This document shows, in pieces, positions 1 through 14,265 of a stretch of DNA of 64,000 nucleotides. This DNA comes from Camelus dromedarius (Eukaryota): the NCBI RefSeq assembly GCF_036321535.1, contig NC_087436.1:25112001-25176000 (forward strand). Direction: 5' to 3'. A model generated the notes under the pieces. The model did not search any database and was not told where the DNA came from. It saw only the letters and a list, made by a program, of their open reading frames with translations. The position numbers and the translations under genes are program-made. Position 1 is the stretch's first letter; the number at the start of each line of letters is the position of its first letter.

Positions 1-480
1 GGTCAATTTTTAATATGAAAAACAATTATATGAATACTGTAATGCTTCCAAAAAATACATTGATCAGTATTTATGAAAATTGTAAAAAGAAATTGGTTAT
101 TTAGGACCCATTTAGTCCCCTATTTGGACTAAATTCATGCTTTAAAATGTCTTGGTTTAAAAAAATCTTTTATATTTTTTCTCAAAACATTTACATATGA
201 CATCTTCATATATAATAATCTTAGATCAAGTCAGACATTTTATCCTCTATCCTCAATTCAGGGTTCACAGAGGCCTGTGTTTTCATTGGATCAGGCAGTC
301 AGATTTCAAGTGAGGGAATGTTGTTTAGGACCTTGTGATGTCTTCAGGGAGCCATGTCTAAATGGGTCATGCTCAGTAGGTCCTCTGCTGTCTTCTCTGT
401 AGATTTCAGATACCCAAAAGGGTGTGTTCTTTGTGGATGATAATCACTGTATTTGGATTGGAAGATTATGGCCCATGTCA

Positions 481-506
481 GTGTGTGTGTGTGTGTGTGT
501 GTGTGT
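481..506. repeat. (GT)13 microsatellite
   Basis: Read directly from the sequence. Confidence 0.95.
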
Positions 507-864
507 AATTTAGTTTTAATTTAGAGCAATAGTTCCTACATGGTTTAAGGTAAGAAGACTTCATGTATCTTTAGAACTATTGACCAGCAAATATTTTTAA
601 ATGATATTTGGTTAATGAGGCTAGGTCAGAACTAGGTCAACTTGTTTTTTGATCTAAGATACTGCTTGTAGAGATAATGAATTTTGTCCCACCAATAGAG
701 TGTCATGTGTTTTGCAGATAATCTCTAAAAACAGAAACATAAAAAGTTAATACATTTTGAAAAAGAGAAACAGTTGTCCCAAAGCATATGTTTTTCAATA
801 AAAAAGATAGTTTTTACCTCTTTCTAAAATGCAAACATCCGACTGTAACATGCTTCTGCATGTG

Positions 865-1040
865 CTGTGCAGGTAAATTGGCTCATAGGAGAACAAAAGG
901 CCCAGACTTGTACCATGTGCTGATTTCCCTGTTGTAGATACTCCCACTATGGCTGATTTCAAGTTACCAATAATTTAACAACTGGCTCACAACGTTTCTG
1001 AAAATTTGGCAATCAGCTTGAGGGAGCCCATAAGAATAGG
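865..1040 (-). mobile_element. MER63-like hAT DNA transposon relic
   Basis: Motifs atactcccactatggctgatttcaagttaccaa and tttaacaactggctc resemble MER63. Boundaries approximate. Confidence 0.55.
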
Positions 1041-2810
1041 TTTTATTTAACACACTTCAAAAATACTTACTCTCTTTCTCTGGGAAGTGTGAATATCGGA
1101 CCTACTTTGTTTGATTTTAGAACTGTTTGAAGTTTCTTCTTTCAATTTATCTTTATTACTTTTCTGGAACCACCCAGTTTTTGTTAATCTAGGAGGGACA
1201 GGGCAGTACCCTTCTGACTGTATGGGAACTGAATGAAGTACTGAATAGCTGTGAACTTTGGGTTGCCCAATAAGTTGTTAAATTAATTGTACCTGGTTGA
1301 AGTGCATGGATGGTATCATCTTGATCTTACCCCAGTTCTTCTCTTGATTTCCAAGAAATTTCCTCTTTCTCCAGGCCTAGGCTCATAGCATCAGTGTAGC
1401 ACAGTTTCATTTAAGCAGAAAAACTAATCATTAACTAAATTTGTGACTTGAATACAGTATTTTCTCAATTCTAATATGCCATCAGTTGCAAAATATACCC
1501 TTGACTTATAATTAGTTTTCATGGAAAATTGTATAGAATATGCTCATCAATTGTAAAATGAATCCTCCTTCAGAAAGAAGTATGTGGTGTGTGTGTATGA
1601 AAATTAAAAGACATAGATGGTAACATTATATGAATAATTTGAAAGCTTTGATATGGTGTGAGTAGACCTATTCCAGGTTTTGCTTTTTCAGCTGGGGGAA
1701 ATAGACATTTTTCTCCTTCAGAATTTTCAAATCACTGGAATTCTTATGTCATAACAATTGTGGGTATTGTGCGGACTCCAAACTTTCCTGTTATCTTCTA
1801 TCAGAAAATGAGCTTTACCACAACTTTCCAGTTCTTAGCTTTCTTCAAAAATATCTTGTACCCTGTCCATTAAGTTGTTAAACAAAGCTAATACTCCAAC
1901 TTAGAATCTCATGAGCAGATAATAAATGAAAATACAGAAGCCACCTTTATTATATCACCATCTGAATCAGAACCACATAATTATATGCTAGAAATTGGCA
2001 TTATTGCATTTACGATAAAACAACAAATGAAGCATTTATACTGGGAAAATCTGTATTTCCCTTTTTTTGTAATTAGATTTTTTTATGTGGCATGTTTTAA
2101 ATTCTAAGGTTCCTTACTGTCCCTTTTTCTATATCTCAATCATTTTTTTTCTAACTCTCTATTGATCAAGTAATTGTCAATTGATCTATTATAGTATTTA
2201 AGGTGAATGCAAGAAGACAACTACAGAGTGAAAGTCTGAAGCATGAAAACAAAATTTTCTCTATTATGTGTGCTGCTGTTACATATCATCTGTCCATTAA
2301 TGATATAATAAAAAGTCATTTATTCAGTACTTTTTTCCTTTCTTTTTTTTCTTTTTTGCTATTGTTTTGTTTTTCTTAGCAGAGAGCCTTATTTTAACCA
2401 TTCCCTAAGTTTTCTGCTTATTGGGCATGATGACAAATGTATTAGGTATATGTAACACTGGCATTGTGAGGATTCATTTAAAGGAAACCAAAGTGAAAAT
2501 TAGATTAGATTGAACCATATTGATAAATTTTGAATTTCTGTAGGTAAGAGACAGATATTACATTGTGAACATATTATTAATTAATTCAGTAAGCATTAAA
2601 GGGTTGAAATATCGATAGAAGTAGAAACTTTCCTCTAGGATTCTAATGTGTTGTGGGAAATGTAATAAAAATATATATTTCAAAGTTCTACTCATACCAA
2701 AAATATCAGAATATCCAGAGGTTGAACCTGAGCATGTATTTTCAGGATTCTATAGTCAAGTTTAGAAATCTCTGGTCAATACCATATATGATCCACAGAA
2801 TAAGGCAAAT

Positions 2811-3306
2811 TATTACTGAGTCCATGCTCATACTGCTTGCTGCGTGACAGGCCAATAAATCAAAAGACGAGTTGTTGGGACAAGGAATAGTGACTTTATT
2901 TGGAAAGCTAGCAGACTGAGAAGATGGTGGACTGGAATCCCAAAGAACAGTCTTACCCCAGTTAGAATTCTGGGATTTTTTTAATACTAAAAAGGGAGAT
3001 GGTATGGCTGGTTGTTGCAAACTTCTTGGTACCAGAAGCCTTTGTTCTTGCAGCTGTCCATGTAGATCTGGTCACAATGTCCCCATAAACCTCCAAAAAG
3101 ACAAATGCTATTCTCTGTTCTGTAACTTTTTATCTTTACATGAATGGAAAAGTGTTATAACTTTAAAGATCAGAGCCTTGTGGATGGGCTATCATGTGTA
3201 TTTCAGCCTATAGGCAACATTCTGTTATAAAAAGGCAGCAGAGCACAAGGGTTAGAGCTAAGGAAATGGGTCCAATATGGAGTCAGATCTGGTCTTCTCT
3301 GTAACA
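2811..3306 (-). mobile_element. ERV1-type solo LTR (copy 1)
   Basis: On the minus strand it starts TGTTACAGAGAAGACCAGATCTGACTCCATATTGG and carries AATAAA. It has a 4-bp TSD AAAT (2807-2810 and 3307-3310) and is colinear with 43808-44336. Confidence 0.85.
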
Positions 3307-4537
3307 AAATTAGCATTAAGCGTACCTATTTTCTCTTTTTTCAAAAGGCAAATATATTCCCTCCTTTAATTTTTTTTCCCCAACCTGAGGTTTTACTACA
3401 GAAAAAGTTCTTTCCATTTTTCAACTCCATTCACAACTATTCTGAGCATCAACTCCCTGACATATTTCACACCCTTCCCCACTCCTAACCGTAAAGAAAC
3501 TGTTTTCAACTGGGGAAACTCAACTAGACAAAATTATTTATTTAGCCCTCAGCCAATTCTGTATTGCTTTTTACATTGAAATAAAGATCATCATTTTTAC
3601 ACAGTCTTCCTGCTGCTTCTGAAATCATTTTTCTCCTTAATTTAATGAGCCCCTGCCCTGTAATACACTAACATGGTATAGGAGAAATATAAATATGACA
3701 TGTGCTTACACTCCACTGGGGGAGGTCAATGTGATTTAAATAAGTATAACATGAGGCAGAAATCAGGTTTGTAATAATAAGCTGAAAGTTTCCAAGTCTC
3801 CAGGGCTTCTTGGGGGCTTTTTCTTTTATGTCCAAATAAAACACACAAGACCCACATGCTGTGAGTTCAGTGTCATTTTTCTGGTTTCTGAGAATTCCCG
3901 CCTACTGACACTTACGCTTTCCCAGCAGATGCCTGCCTGCATCTTCAACTCCAAACTCTATCCTGGATCACTTCTCATCCTCTCCTGCCTGTTTCTACCC
4001 GGTTCTCTGGGCTTTACCCTAAGTGTAGGCATTTCTTCTTTGTTTCCTAAAGAATCATTAACCTCAGGCTGATGTGTTGGGTAACTGAAAACCTAGAAAC
4101 AATGGAAATTACAGCACAGAATAAGAAACCAACTAAGCTTGAATATTAGATGTTATTCTGAAATTTCTCACTTGGGTCAGATAGTCTTGGTGTATGGAAA
4201 TCACTGACTCATGTGTTTATTTCTCTGGGTCCCAGACTTGCCACAGACTGCCAGAGATCACCCTCACATTGTCCAAAATCCACCTTCCATCTGTTTCCCA
4301 AATGTTAGGCAAAAGTTTCCAAGTCACCAGGAGGGATCAAAAGTTGATAGTACTTAGTTGTGTGGAATAAATTGTTCATTTTAATTTCAGCCTCTCTCCT
4401 ATCATACCATCCTGAGAGCCAGCCTGTGTACGACCAATGGGCCCAGACAAATATTTTAGCAGCCGAGCATACCATCCTTCAGCATCAGTTGTAACAGTAG
4501 CCACTTTTCTTTCTTTGTCCATTCAATTATAGACATT

Positions 4538-4591
4538 CAGTCATCCCTCCGTATCATGGGTTCCACACCCACAGGTGTGGATGGCTTACTG
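4538..4591. mobile_element. Very short Tigger/MER2-type MITE remnant
   Basis: Degenerate inverted ends CAGTCATCCCTCCGTATC ... GTGTGGATGGCTTACTG followed by TA. Confidence 0.45.
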
Positions 4592-5247
4592 TATAAACTA
4601 AATGCCACTGGGATGTATAGTTTTTGGAATGGGACCTAAAACATATAAGAGAGAATGAGAGAAAAGTGAGCTTTTTGAGGTCAGGAACCATCTTTTTTTC
4701 TATACTCCTCAGTTCTAACATAGTTCCTAACACAAAATTTTCATATGTTACCTGCTTGTAGAATGAATAGGTAATTGAACAATTAAAAAATGTGTCTGGC
4801 TATTCTGATCATTAAGTATGAGTGCCAAATCATGTTTGAAGTCTAGGAGACATGGAACACCTGTGTGGGCTGAGAAGCGATATGTGGTGGGGTGTGGTCA
4901 TCTAATTAAGCAGGCAATTACTTTTTCAACGTAATTAGTTATTTAATTGACCATTCCCGTGTTGTTAATGCATCTGAATTCCTAATTAATCTCCATTTTA
5001 TTGAAAACATTTTATACCTATACCCCCAATTCTAATTTAACAGTTAAGTGGCCTTGACTTTTGAAGTGCAATTACCACTAAGCACACACATGTACATTCA
5101 CTCAAAGTACAGTGGAAATAAGAGAAGTCAAGTCAGTTACATTGGATTTCTAGAAGACATTTTTAAGAGATTAGATAGATCTCTTTTCACAGAATTTTAT
5201 TAAAAACACAGTTTAATCAAAATTTTAACATCTTTTTCTAGGTTAAA

Positions 5248-5430
5248 GTTTACTAAACTCTTTCAGTAAAGGGCCAGATAGTAATTTAGTTTCTGTAGGC
5301 CACAGAGTCTCTGCCCCAATGGCTGTATAAGTAAATTAAGTGACAATAATGTGTTCCACTAAATCTATGTTTACAAAAATAAACAATGGGATGAATTTGC
5401 CCCCTGGGCCATAGTTTGCCAATCCCAGGT
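5248..5430 (+). mobile_element. MER58-like hAT-Charlie element
   Basis: gtaaagggccagatagtaa ... gggccatagtttgccaatccc ends typical of MER58A. Confidence 0.7.
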
Positions 5431-5904
5431 CTTGACCCCTTTGTGTGATTTACTCATCTGTTGCCAAATCATACAGGCTCTGGCTTTTAACTTTGTCTTC
5501 CTTCCTTTGTATGCAAGTTCTTTTCTGTCTTTAAATATATATGGTATTTTGATCTTAAAAAAGATTTTTTTTTTTTTGGTTAAGAAAATGCTATTTTAAC
5601 TAAGATACCTCCTTTCAAATATTCAGTCTCCCTCTTCTTCCACCATCTGTTATTTCCTGTTGGTATCTGGTATTAAATGCCTAGAATCCTCTGGAAGTCA
5701 GCAACCCTGGTTTTATATTCCTCTTGTACCTAGCATGATAAAAATTCCCATAGTTCTTTTTAAGTAGATTTTTAAACTAAACTTTTTTATTTAAGGTGAA
5801 ACATACATATGGAAATATGTACAAATCATAAGTCTACAACTTGAAGAATTGTCACAGAAATTTTTTGTTTTTAAATCTCCATTACCTAAGTACTTTAGAC
5901 ACAG

Positions 5905-6080
5905 TCTATAGTGGTTAGGAGCATAGACTTGGGAGCCAGATTTCACTAAATCAGTGACTTTGGGCAAATTATTTAATCTCTCTGTGCATTGGTTTTCTCA
6001 CAAATTATTTAATCTCTCTGTGCATTGGTTTTTTCTCTTGTAACACAGGAATGGCAATACTACCTATTTCATAGGTTATC
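5905..6080 (+). mobile_element. MIR SINE with an internal 36-bp tandem duplication, truncated by an L1
   Basis: MIR core gtgactttgggcaaattatttaatctctctgtg; the segment 5965-6000 is repeated from 6001. Confidence 0.75.
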
Positions 6081-6086
6081 CCCCCA

Positions 6087-9000
6087 GTTTTATTGAAATT
6101 TAATTGATATAACACATTATGTTAAGTTTAAAGTATATCACGTGTTGATATGATAACACATATTGCCAAATGATTACCAGAGTACCATTAGTTGACAGTT
6201 CATCATTTCACATAGTTTCCATTTCTTTTTTGTGGTGAGAACATTTAAGATCTTAACAATTTTCAAATATACAATATAGTATTGTTAACTACAGTCACCA
6301 TGCTGTACATTAGATTCCTAGAACTCTTCATCTTATAAGTAGAAGTTTGACCCTCTGACTATTATCTCCCCATTTTCACCAGCCCCAGCCCCTGGCAACC
6401 ACCATTCTACTCTCTGTTTCTAGGAGTTTGGCTTTTTTAGAGTAAATATACATGTGCGATCATACAGTATTTGTCTTTTCCTTTCTGGCTTATTTTACCC
6501 AGCGTGGTACCCTCCAGGTTCACCCATGTTGTCACAAATGGCGGATTTCCCTCTTTGTCATGGCTGAATAATATTCCATTGTGTATATATGTACCACATA
6601 TTCTTTATCCATCCATCCATAGTTGGAATCTTAGGTTGTTTCCTTACCTTGGCTGTTGTGAATGAACGTTGGAGTGCAGATATCTCTTTGAGATCCTGAT
6701 TTAATTTCTTTTGGATATATACCCAGAAGCAGGATTGCTGGAACAAATGCTAGTTCTATTTTTAATTTTTTGAGTAACCTCCATACTATTTTCCATAATG
6801 ATTGTACAAGTTTACATTTCCACCAACAGTGCTCATATGTTCCTTTTTCTCCACATTTGTTATCTCTTGATCTTTTTGATGATAACCATTATAAAAGGTA
6901 TGAGTTGATATCTCACTATGCTTCTGATTTATATTTCCCTGATGATTAGTGAAATTGAACACTTTTTAATGTTCCTGTTGGCCACTTGTATGTCTTCTTT
7001 GGAAAAAAATGTCCATTTAGTTCCTGTGCCCATTTTAAAAATTAGATTGTTTGATGTTTTGCTATTGAGTTACATGAATTTTTTATGTATGTTGGATATT
7101 AACCCCTCACCCAATATATGACTTGCAGATATTTTCTACCATTCTGTAGATTGCCTTTTCATTTTGTTCATTTCTTTTTGCTATGCAAGAGCAAAATATT
7201 TTCTTAGTTCGATGCAGTCCCATATACTTATTTTGTTTTGTTGCTTAAGATTTTGGTGTTAATAACCAAAAATCATTTCCAAGACCAAGGTCAAAGAGTT
7301 TTTCCCCTATGTTTTCTTCTAGGAGTTTATGATTTCCTGTCTTGTTTAAGTTTTTAATTAATTTCAAGTTAATTTTTGTAATTAATGGGGATCCAACTTC
7401 ATTCTTCTGTATGTGATTATCCAGTTTTTGCAGCACCATTTATTGAAGAGACTGTTTTTCCCTCAGTAGGTTTTCTTGTCTCTTTTATCAAATATTAACT
7501 GACTTTTATATGTAAGTTTATTTCTGGGCTCTCAGTTCTGTTCAGTTGGTCTACGTGTACATTTTTATGCTATTTGGAATTCTGTAGTATTAAAGTATAG
7601 TTTGAAATCAGGAGGTATGAAGCATCTAGCTTTATTCTTCTTAAGATTGCTTTAGCTATTTGTGATTCTGTAATTTCATATACATTTTAGGATTTTTTTA
7701 ATATTTCTGTGAAAAATGCCATTAGAATTTTGATATGAATGGCATTTAGATGGCTTTGGGTAATATGAATAATTTAACAATATTATTTCTTTTCATTCAT
7801 GAACATAGGATATCTTTCCATTTATTTGTATCTTCTTCAATTTCTGTCATGAAAGTCTTAAGAGTTTTCAGTGTACAAAACTTTCACCTCCTTGATTAAA
7901 TATATTCCTAAGTGTTTTATTGTTTTGGATGCTGTTATAAATGGGATTTCTTTGTTTATTTTTCAGATTGTTTTCATTGTTAGTGCATAGAAACACAACT
8001 GTTTTCTGTATGTTGATTTTGTTTCCTACAACTATTATTTGTTGATTAGTTCAGTTTTTGGTGGAGTCCGTAGGATTTTCTCTATATAAAAGCATATCGT
8101 ATGTAATCAGAGACAATTTTACTTCTTCCTTTCTGATTTGAAATGTTTTATTATTTTCTTGCCTAACTGCTCTGGCTAGGACTTCCAGTATTATATTGAA
8201 TAAGCATGGTGAGCGTGAGCACTCTTGTCTTGATCCTGACATTAAAGGAAAAGCTTTCAACCTTTCACCATTGAGTATGATGTTAGCTATAGGCTTGTCA
8301 TTTATGGCTTTTATTATGTTAAGGTATGTTCCTTCTGTATTCCAGTTTGTTGAGTGTTTTTATCATGAGATGATGTTGTCTTTTGCCAAAAGCTTTTCCT
8401 GCATCTATTTTTATTTTTTCATTCTATTAATGTAGTGCATGACATTTATTGATTTGCCTTTGTTGAATATTAAATTTGCTAAGACTTGTTTTGTGACCTG
8501 TTATATAATCTACCCTAGAGAATTTTCTGTGTGTACTTTAGAAGCATGTGTATTCAGCTTTCATCCCAGGGATAAATCCTATGTGATCATGGTATATACT
8601 GCTTTTTGTGTGCCATTGAACTTGGTTTGCTGATATCTTGTTCAGAGATTTTGCATCTATATCCATCAAGGATATTGGCCTATAGTTTTCTTCTCTTGTA
8701 ATGTCCTTATCTGATTTAGGTAAGGGTAATACTGGGCTTATTAAATGAATTTGGAAAATGTTTCCTTCTTTTCAACTTTTTGGAAGAGTTTTAGAAGGAT
8801 TGGTCCTGGCCTTTTCCTTGTTAGAAAAATTTTAATCACTGCTTCATTATCCTTACTTGTTATAGGTCTGTTCATATTCTCTATTTTTTCTGATTCAGTC
8901 TTGGTAGGTTCTGTGTTCTAAGCATTTATCCATGTCTTTTAGATTATCCAACTTGTTGAAGTATAATTGTTGATAGTAGTCTCTTACGATTCTTTCCTTT

Positions 9001-10740
9001 TCTGTGTCACTAGTTTTAATGTCTCCTCTTTTATTTCTGATTTTATTTATTTGGGTTTTCTCTCTTTTCCCCTTAATTAGTCTAGCCAAAGTTTTGTTAA
9101 TTTTGTTAATCTTTTCAAAAATCCAGCTCTTAGTTTTGTTCTTTTCTATTGTCTTTCTAGTCTCTATTTTGTTTATTTATGATCTGATCTGTGTTATTTA
9201 TTTCCTTCCTTCTGCTAACTTTGGCCTTGGTTTGTTTTTCTTTTTCTAATTCCTTGCTGTGTAACCTTAGGTTGTGTGTCTTAGAGCTTTCTTTTTTCTC
9301 AAACGTGGGCATGCAACACTATTAACTTCACACTTAGAACTGCTTTTTATACATCCCATAGGTTTTGGTATGTTGTTCTTCCATTTTTATTTGTTTCAAG
9401 ATATTTTAAATTTCTCTTTTGATTTCTCTTTTGGCCCATTGATTGTCCAATAATGGGATATTTAATTTATACATGTTTTGAACTTTCCAAATTTCCTCTT
9501 GTTACTGATTTTTAGTTTCAAGCCATTTATTCTTGGAAAAGATACTTGATTTAATTTTAATCTTAAATTTGTGAAGACTTGTTTTTGCCCTATTATATAA
9601 TCTACCCTAGAGAATTTTCTGTGTGTACTTTAGAAGAATGTGTATTCAGCTGCTATTGGATGGAATGTTCTATATATGTCTGTTATATCCATTTGATCTA
9701 AAATGTAGTTCAATTTCAACATTTCCTTATTGATTTCTGTTTGGATGATCTTTCCATTATTGAAAACAGAGTACTGAAATCCACTCTTATCATTTTACTG
9801 TTACCTATTTCTCACTTCAGATCTGTTAGCATTTAGAACCTTCAGTGTTGGGTGCATATATATTTATGATTGTAATATCCTCTTGATGAATTGACCCCTT
9901 TATCATTATATACTGACCTTTTGTCTTTTGTTACAGTGTTTGGCTTAAAGTCTGTTTTGTCCTTTATAACTATAGCTGCCCTACTCTTTTGGTCCCATTT
10001 TCATGGAATGTAATTTTCCATCTCTTTGCCTAGATCCTATGTATGTCTTTAAAGCTGAAGTGAATCTCTTACAGGCAGCATGTAGTTGAGTCTTGTTTTT
10101 CATCCATCCAGCAACTTTATACCTTTTGACTGAAGAATTTAATTAGTTTATGTTTAGAGTGATCATTGATAGGTAAGAACTTACTAATGCCATTTTATTG
10201 TTTTCTGACTATTTTGTAAGTTCCCTTAGTCCCTTTCTTCCTCTCTTGCCATCTTCCTTTTGAACTGATGATTTTCCATAGTGTTATGCTTTGAATCACT
10301 TTCCTTTATCTTTTGTGAATCTACAGTGGTTACTATTAGGTTTACATAACACATCTTGTAGATATGACTATTTAATAGAATAAGTCTATTTTATGCTAAT
10401 ATCAACTTAACTTTGGTCATATATAAAAACTATTTTACTCCTGTAACTTACAGTTTTTTGTTAAGAGCTGTCACTTTGGTTTTAATTTATTTCTTTTATT
10501 TATTTATTTTGGGGGTTATAGTTGACATATAACCTATTTTATGTTTTTGATATCACAGTTTGCCTCTTTTTATATTGTGTATTCCTTAAATTATTGTAGG
10601 CACAGTTATAATAGCTTATTCTTTTACCTTTATACTGGAGGTAGGTAGTTAATACGCCACAACATTGCAATATTAGAGTATTCCAAATTTGATTATATCC
10701 TTACCTTTACCAGTATGTTTTATATTTTAGTTTTTAATAC
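6087..10740 (-). mobile_element. ~4.6-kb decayed LINE-1 (L1MA/L1MB-like; 3' UTR plus ORF2 remnants)
   Basis: Minus-strand ORF fragments match L1 ORF2: 8051-8260 ([29 protein letters not shown] region), 8895-9089, 7245-7439 and 6558-6746. Multiple stops and frameshifts. The 5' boundary is approximate. Confidence 0.9.
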
Positions 10741-11049
10741 ATGTTTTAATATATAATTTGTTATTTACCTTCTCCTTTTGAAAGAATTCATTGCCAGAAT
10801 GACCAGGCAAACATGTTCATACTAAGCTTCAAAGTAGGCAGAGAAATGTAGACCTTTATTGACTAGGAAGTGCACAGCTAAAAGTTGGAGTTCTGTTAAT
10901 AAAGAAGGAGAAAATGAATTTTGAGTCTCTGCCACAGGCCTTATTTACCTGCTCTTTATTTCAAACAAGGCAATGGGGAACTAGTGTTAAGGTATCTTGT
11001 TATTTTGGGGGGATTGTAGGAGTAAGACTACATTTTAAGGCTTAGTTTA

Positions 11050-11210
11050 GTTCAACAAATGTTTATTGAGCACATATTGTGTAAAGTTCTGGGGACATAA
11101 ACAAGGTATTGTTCCTGCCTAATGGGTGCTTATTGTGCACTGGGAGAATAAGTAAATATACAGTTTTAGGGTGTTGTGATAAACACAATAATAGGGATAC
11201 TAGTGGACCT
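11050..11210 (-). mobile_element. L2 3' fragment
   Basis: ttcaacaaatgtttattgagcac is the typical reverse L2 terminus. Confidence 0.6.
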
Positions 11211-12329
11211 CTATGTACCTGCTGATTCATGGATTTATTTATGTAAAGAATTTTACAGTGATGTACATTATATATCATTATTCTTTTGCAAGTTTCCCTC
11301 TTTAAAAAGGATAAAACTACCCGAAAAGAAGTTTTTAAAAGTATACATAGATATATAGATCAGTTCTTGCAACATTCCTCTTGACATTTCAACATTCATT
11401 TATTATAATAGTTGATAGTTATTGCTTTTCTTACATTTGATTGAAGAAATGTATTTTCAGATCTCTCTTGGCAAGTCTCATAATAAGTCATGTTTTAGAT
11501 TATTAACAGTTATTTACTGTTTCATTTGTCAATTATTTGGTTTCCAGTTCCTAGGATTTGTTAAATATTGAAATGACCCCTCAATTTTAGTATTCACACC
11601 TTATAATGAGAAGATAATTCAACACATTTGCTTTATGTTTGGCATGCTGATGTTTTCTTATTAAAAGCACTGAATAGTTTCAGCTATTTATGATTACATT
11701 TACTTTCTTCAAGTCTCATTAAAATATGATTTAAGGTCACAGATGTTATTACAAAGATTTTTGGAGTACAGTGATTCCATGTCAAGCAAGCAATCAAGAT
11801 TTTCTCAGTCAACTTAATCAGATAATTTAACATGGTCCCCTCTTATTACTTGCTGCCTTAGGTCCAAACCAGAATGAATACTGTGACTAGCAAGTTCATT
11901 CTGTATATCTTACTCAGTATATAAAAGAAAGTCATGATTCAGAAAAAGTAAAGACATTCACGTGCAGCCTTCAGTATTGATAGATTTTATCTGACCATTT
12001 GAGAAATCAGAAAAATGGAAAATAGAGGAAAAATTATACAAGTATCATCATAGAATTCTTCTTAAGCAAGGTGTATTAAAACCTCTTTCTTTATGCTTTC
12101 ATTATGAGAGTCCTAAATTATAGAAACTATGAAAAGGGCAGAAAGTTGAAATAATCTCTTTCAAATAGTTGCATATTTAAAATGTAAATCTTAAAATGTA
12201 ATTCTTAATTTAAGAGCCATCCTCAAACAATAAATTACTTTTTTGGGAATTAGTGTTTTCTCTATAACAAGTCTGTTATTTTTTTTTGCTTTTATATGAA
12301 ATTTATATAAAATAAGAAAAATATATAGG

Positions 12330-13850
12330 CATTATTACAAATTGAATATGCCTGGATAAAACACCAAGGTCAAGAACTAGAATAGCATCAGCAGTCAGAA
12401 GCCTGCCTGGTGACCCTCCAATTAATATTCCCTTTTTCTGTCCCTTAAAAGATAGCCACTGTTCTGACTTCTGACATTATAATAAATTTTTTCTGTTGTT
12501 GAACTTTGTATTACATACACAGATCATTAGTATGTACTCTTCTGTGTTTGGCTTCTTTGCTTCAATATTATGTACATAAGATTTATCTCGTTTTGGTGTA
12601 ACTGAAATTCACTTATTTTCATTACTTTATAGTATCTCAGTGTATGATTGTTAACCGTTGGAGGCAATAGAATATTGGAAATGTATTGCTGTAACAGTTC
12701 TTAGCTATTATCTCTTCCAGTATTCCTTTTGTCCCATTACTTCTATCCTTTCCAATCACACATATAATAGACAATTTTACTTTTAAAAAAATCCTTTCTG
12801 TCTTCTATACTCTCTTATGTATATTCCATTCATTTGATTTTCCATGCTTTAGATTGCTTATTTTATTGTTACTTATCTTATTGTGTGCTAATTCTTCCTT
12901 CAATTGTGTCTAATTTTCTGTTAAATCTATCCACTGACTTTTACATTTTGGTTATTGTGCTCTTCAGTTAGAATTTCTATTGTTTTTTAAAATAGTTTCT
13001 AGTTTTCTGCAAAAATTATTACTTGCATCTTTTAGTTTCTTGAACTTAAGCAGCATATTTATTTTAAAGTTTATTATCTATCTGAATCTTTAAAAGTCAG
13101 TTCCTACTGTTGATTGCTTATCTTGTTTCTGATCAAATTAATCCATCTCTTCATGTGCTTATTTATTTGTGATTGAGTGTTGGATATTAGTGTGAATGTT
13201 TATAGGAATAATTTGAGACTTAAGATTCAGAAGATTTGTCTTGGCTTCTCTCAGTTAGATAAGAATTCTTTCTATCCTAGACTGTTTTAACACATTTATT
13301 TCAGTAAGCTTCAGTCTCTCTGAGGGCTGGTGTATTTCCTGTTTACTCTTACTACTAAGTTGTAACCTTTAGCTTCTCAATCTAAAGCATGAGAGATTTA
13401 CCAGGACCTTAGACTGAAACTTTTCCCCTTTGCCTCATAAGGATGTCAAAAGCTCTGCTCAGCTTCTAGGCCTGATAGATGCTAATTCAGAAACAAGGGG
13501 ATTCCCTTTTGAAGAAAAGAGAGTCTAAATGCCAGGTTCAGTTTTCACGTTCTACTCAACTGAATAGAATACAGTGGTGCAATGATGTAATGGTTTTTCA
13601 GAATGATGCTAATTCCAAATCTCTCATAATAGTGTTCAGACTTATAAATAACTTTCTTGGCCAGCATAAGCTTTATTCTCTCCCCACCCTAAGATGTTGG
13701 CCTTGAAATTCATGACTGCTTAGTTAAGATCTTTGAAATCTTTAAACAGAGTTTTAAAAAAAAGTGTTTATTCTAAATTTTCAGTTGTTCTTAGCAAGAG
13801 GGTTGATCCAAATTACCTGCTCTGCTGTTGCTAAAATCAGAACATATAAG
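12330..13850 (-). mobile_element. Ancient L1 (L1MC/ME-like) fragments
   Basis: Degenerate L1 3' UTR-like motifs (ccactgttctgacttct, tatgtactcttctgtgtttggcttctttgcttcaatatt) and T-rich antisense L1 composition. Confidence 0.5.
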
Positions 13851-14074
13851 CACATTTTTGTAACAATAATATCTTTAAGTTAAATAGAATCGTTTTATTA
13901 TAAACTTACATAACCCAGAAGAGGTTTTAATTCCAAGAAAAATACTCTAGTGGATTGATATGACAAGCTATTAAATGGAGCACTGACTATATTTTGGAAA
14001 AGGATACTGTTCTTACTGACTTGATCTGCATGCCTGCATGAGGCATCTGTGTTTTCTGGTTTAAACCCCACACC

Positions 14075-14265
14075 TGCCACATACTGACCTTTTAACCTTC
14101 ACATGTAACTTAACCTAATCTAGGCCTCAGTTTCTTCACCTGCATAATGAAAATAATAAATATTCTTACTTCAAAGTTGCTGTGGGGAATAAATTAAATA
14201 TTTCATTCAAAACATTCAAAATGGTTGCTGCTCCATAATACACACAAAGTATTGACTGTCATTAT
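14075..14265 (+). mobile_element. MIR SINE
   Basis: ggcctcagtttcttcacctgcataatg core. Confidence 0.7.

Noticed and set aside
6471..9249. Multiple ORFs as genes or an active retroelement
   Set aside because: They are fragments of a decayed L1 ORF2 and its antisense frames, with many stops and frameshifts.
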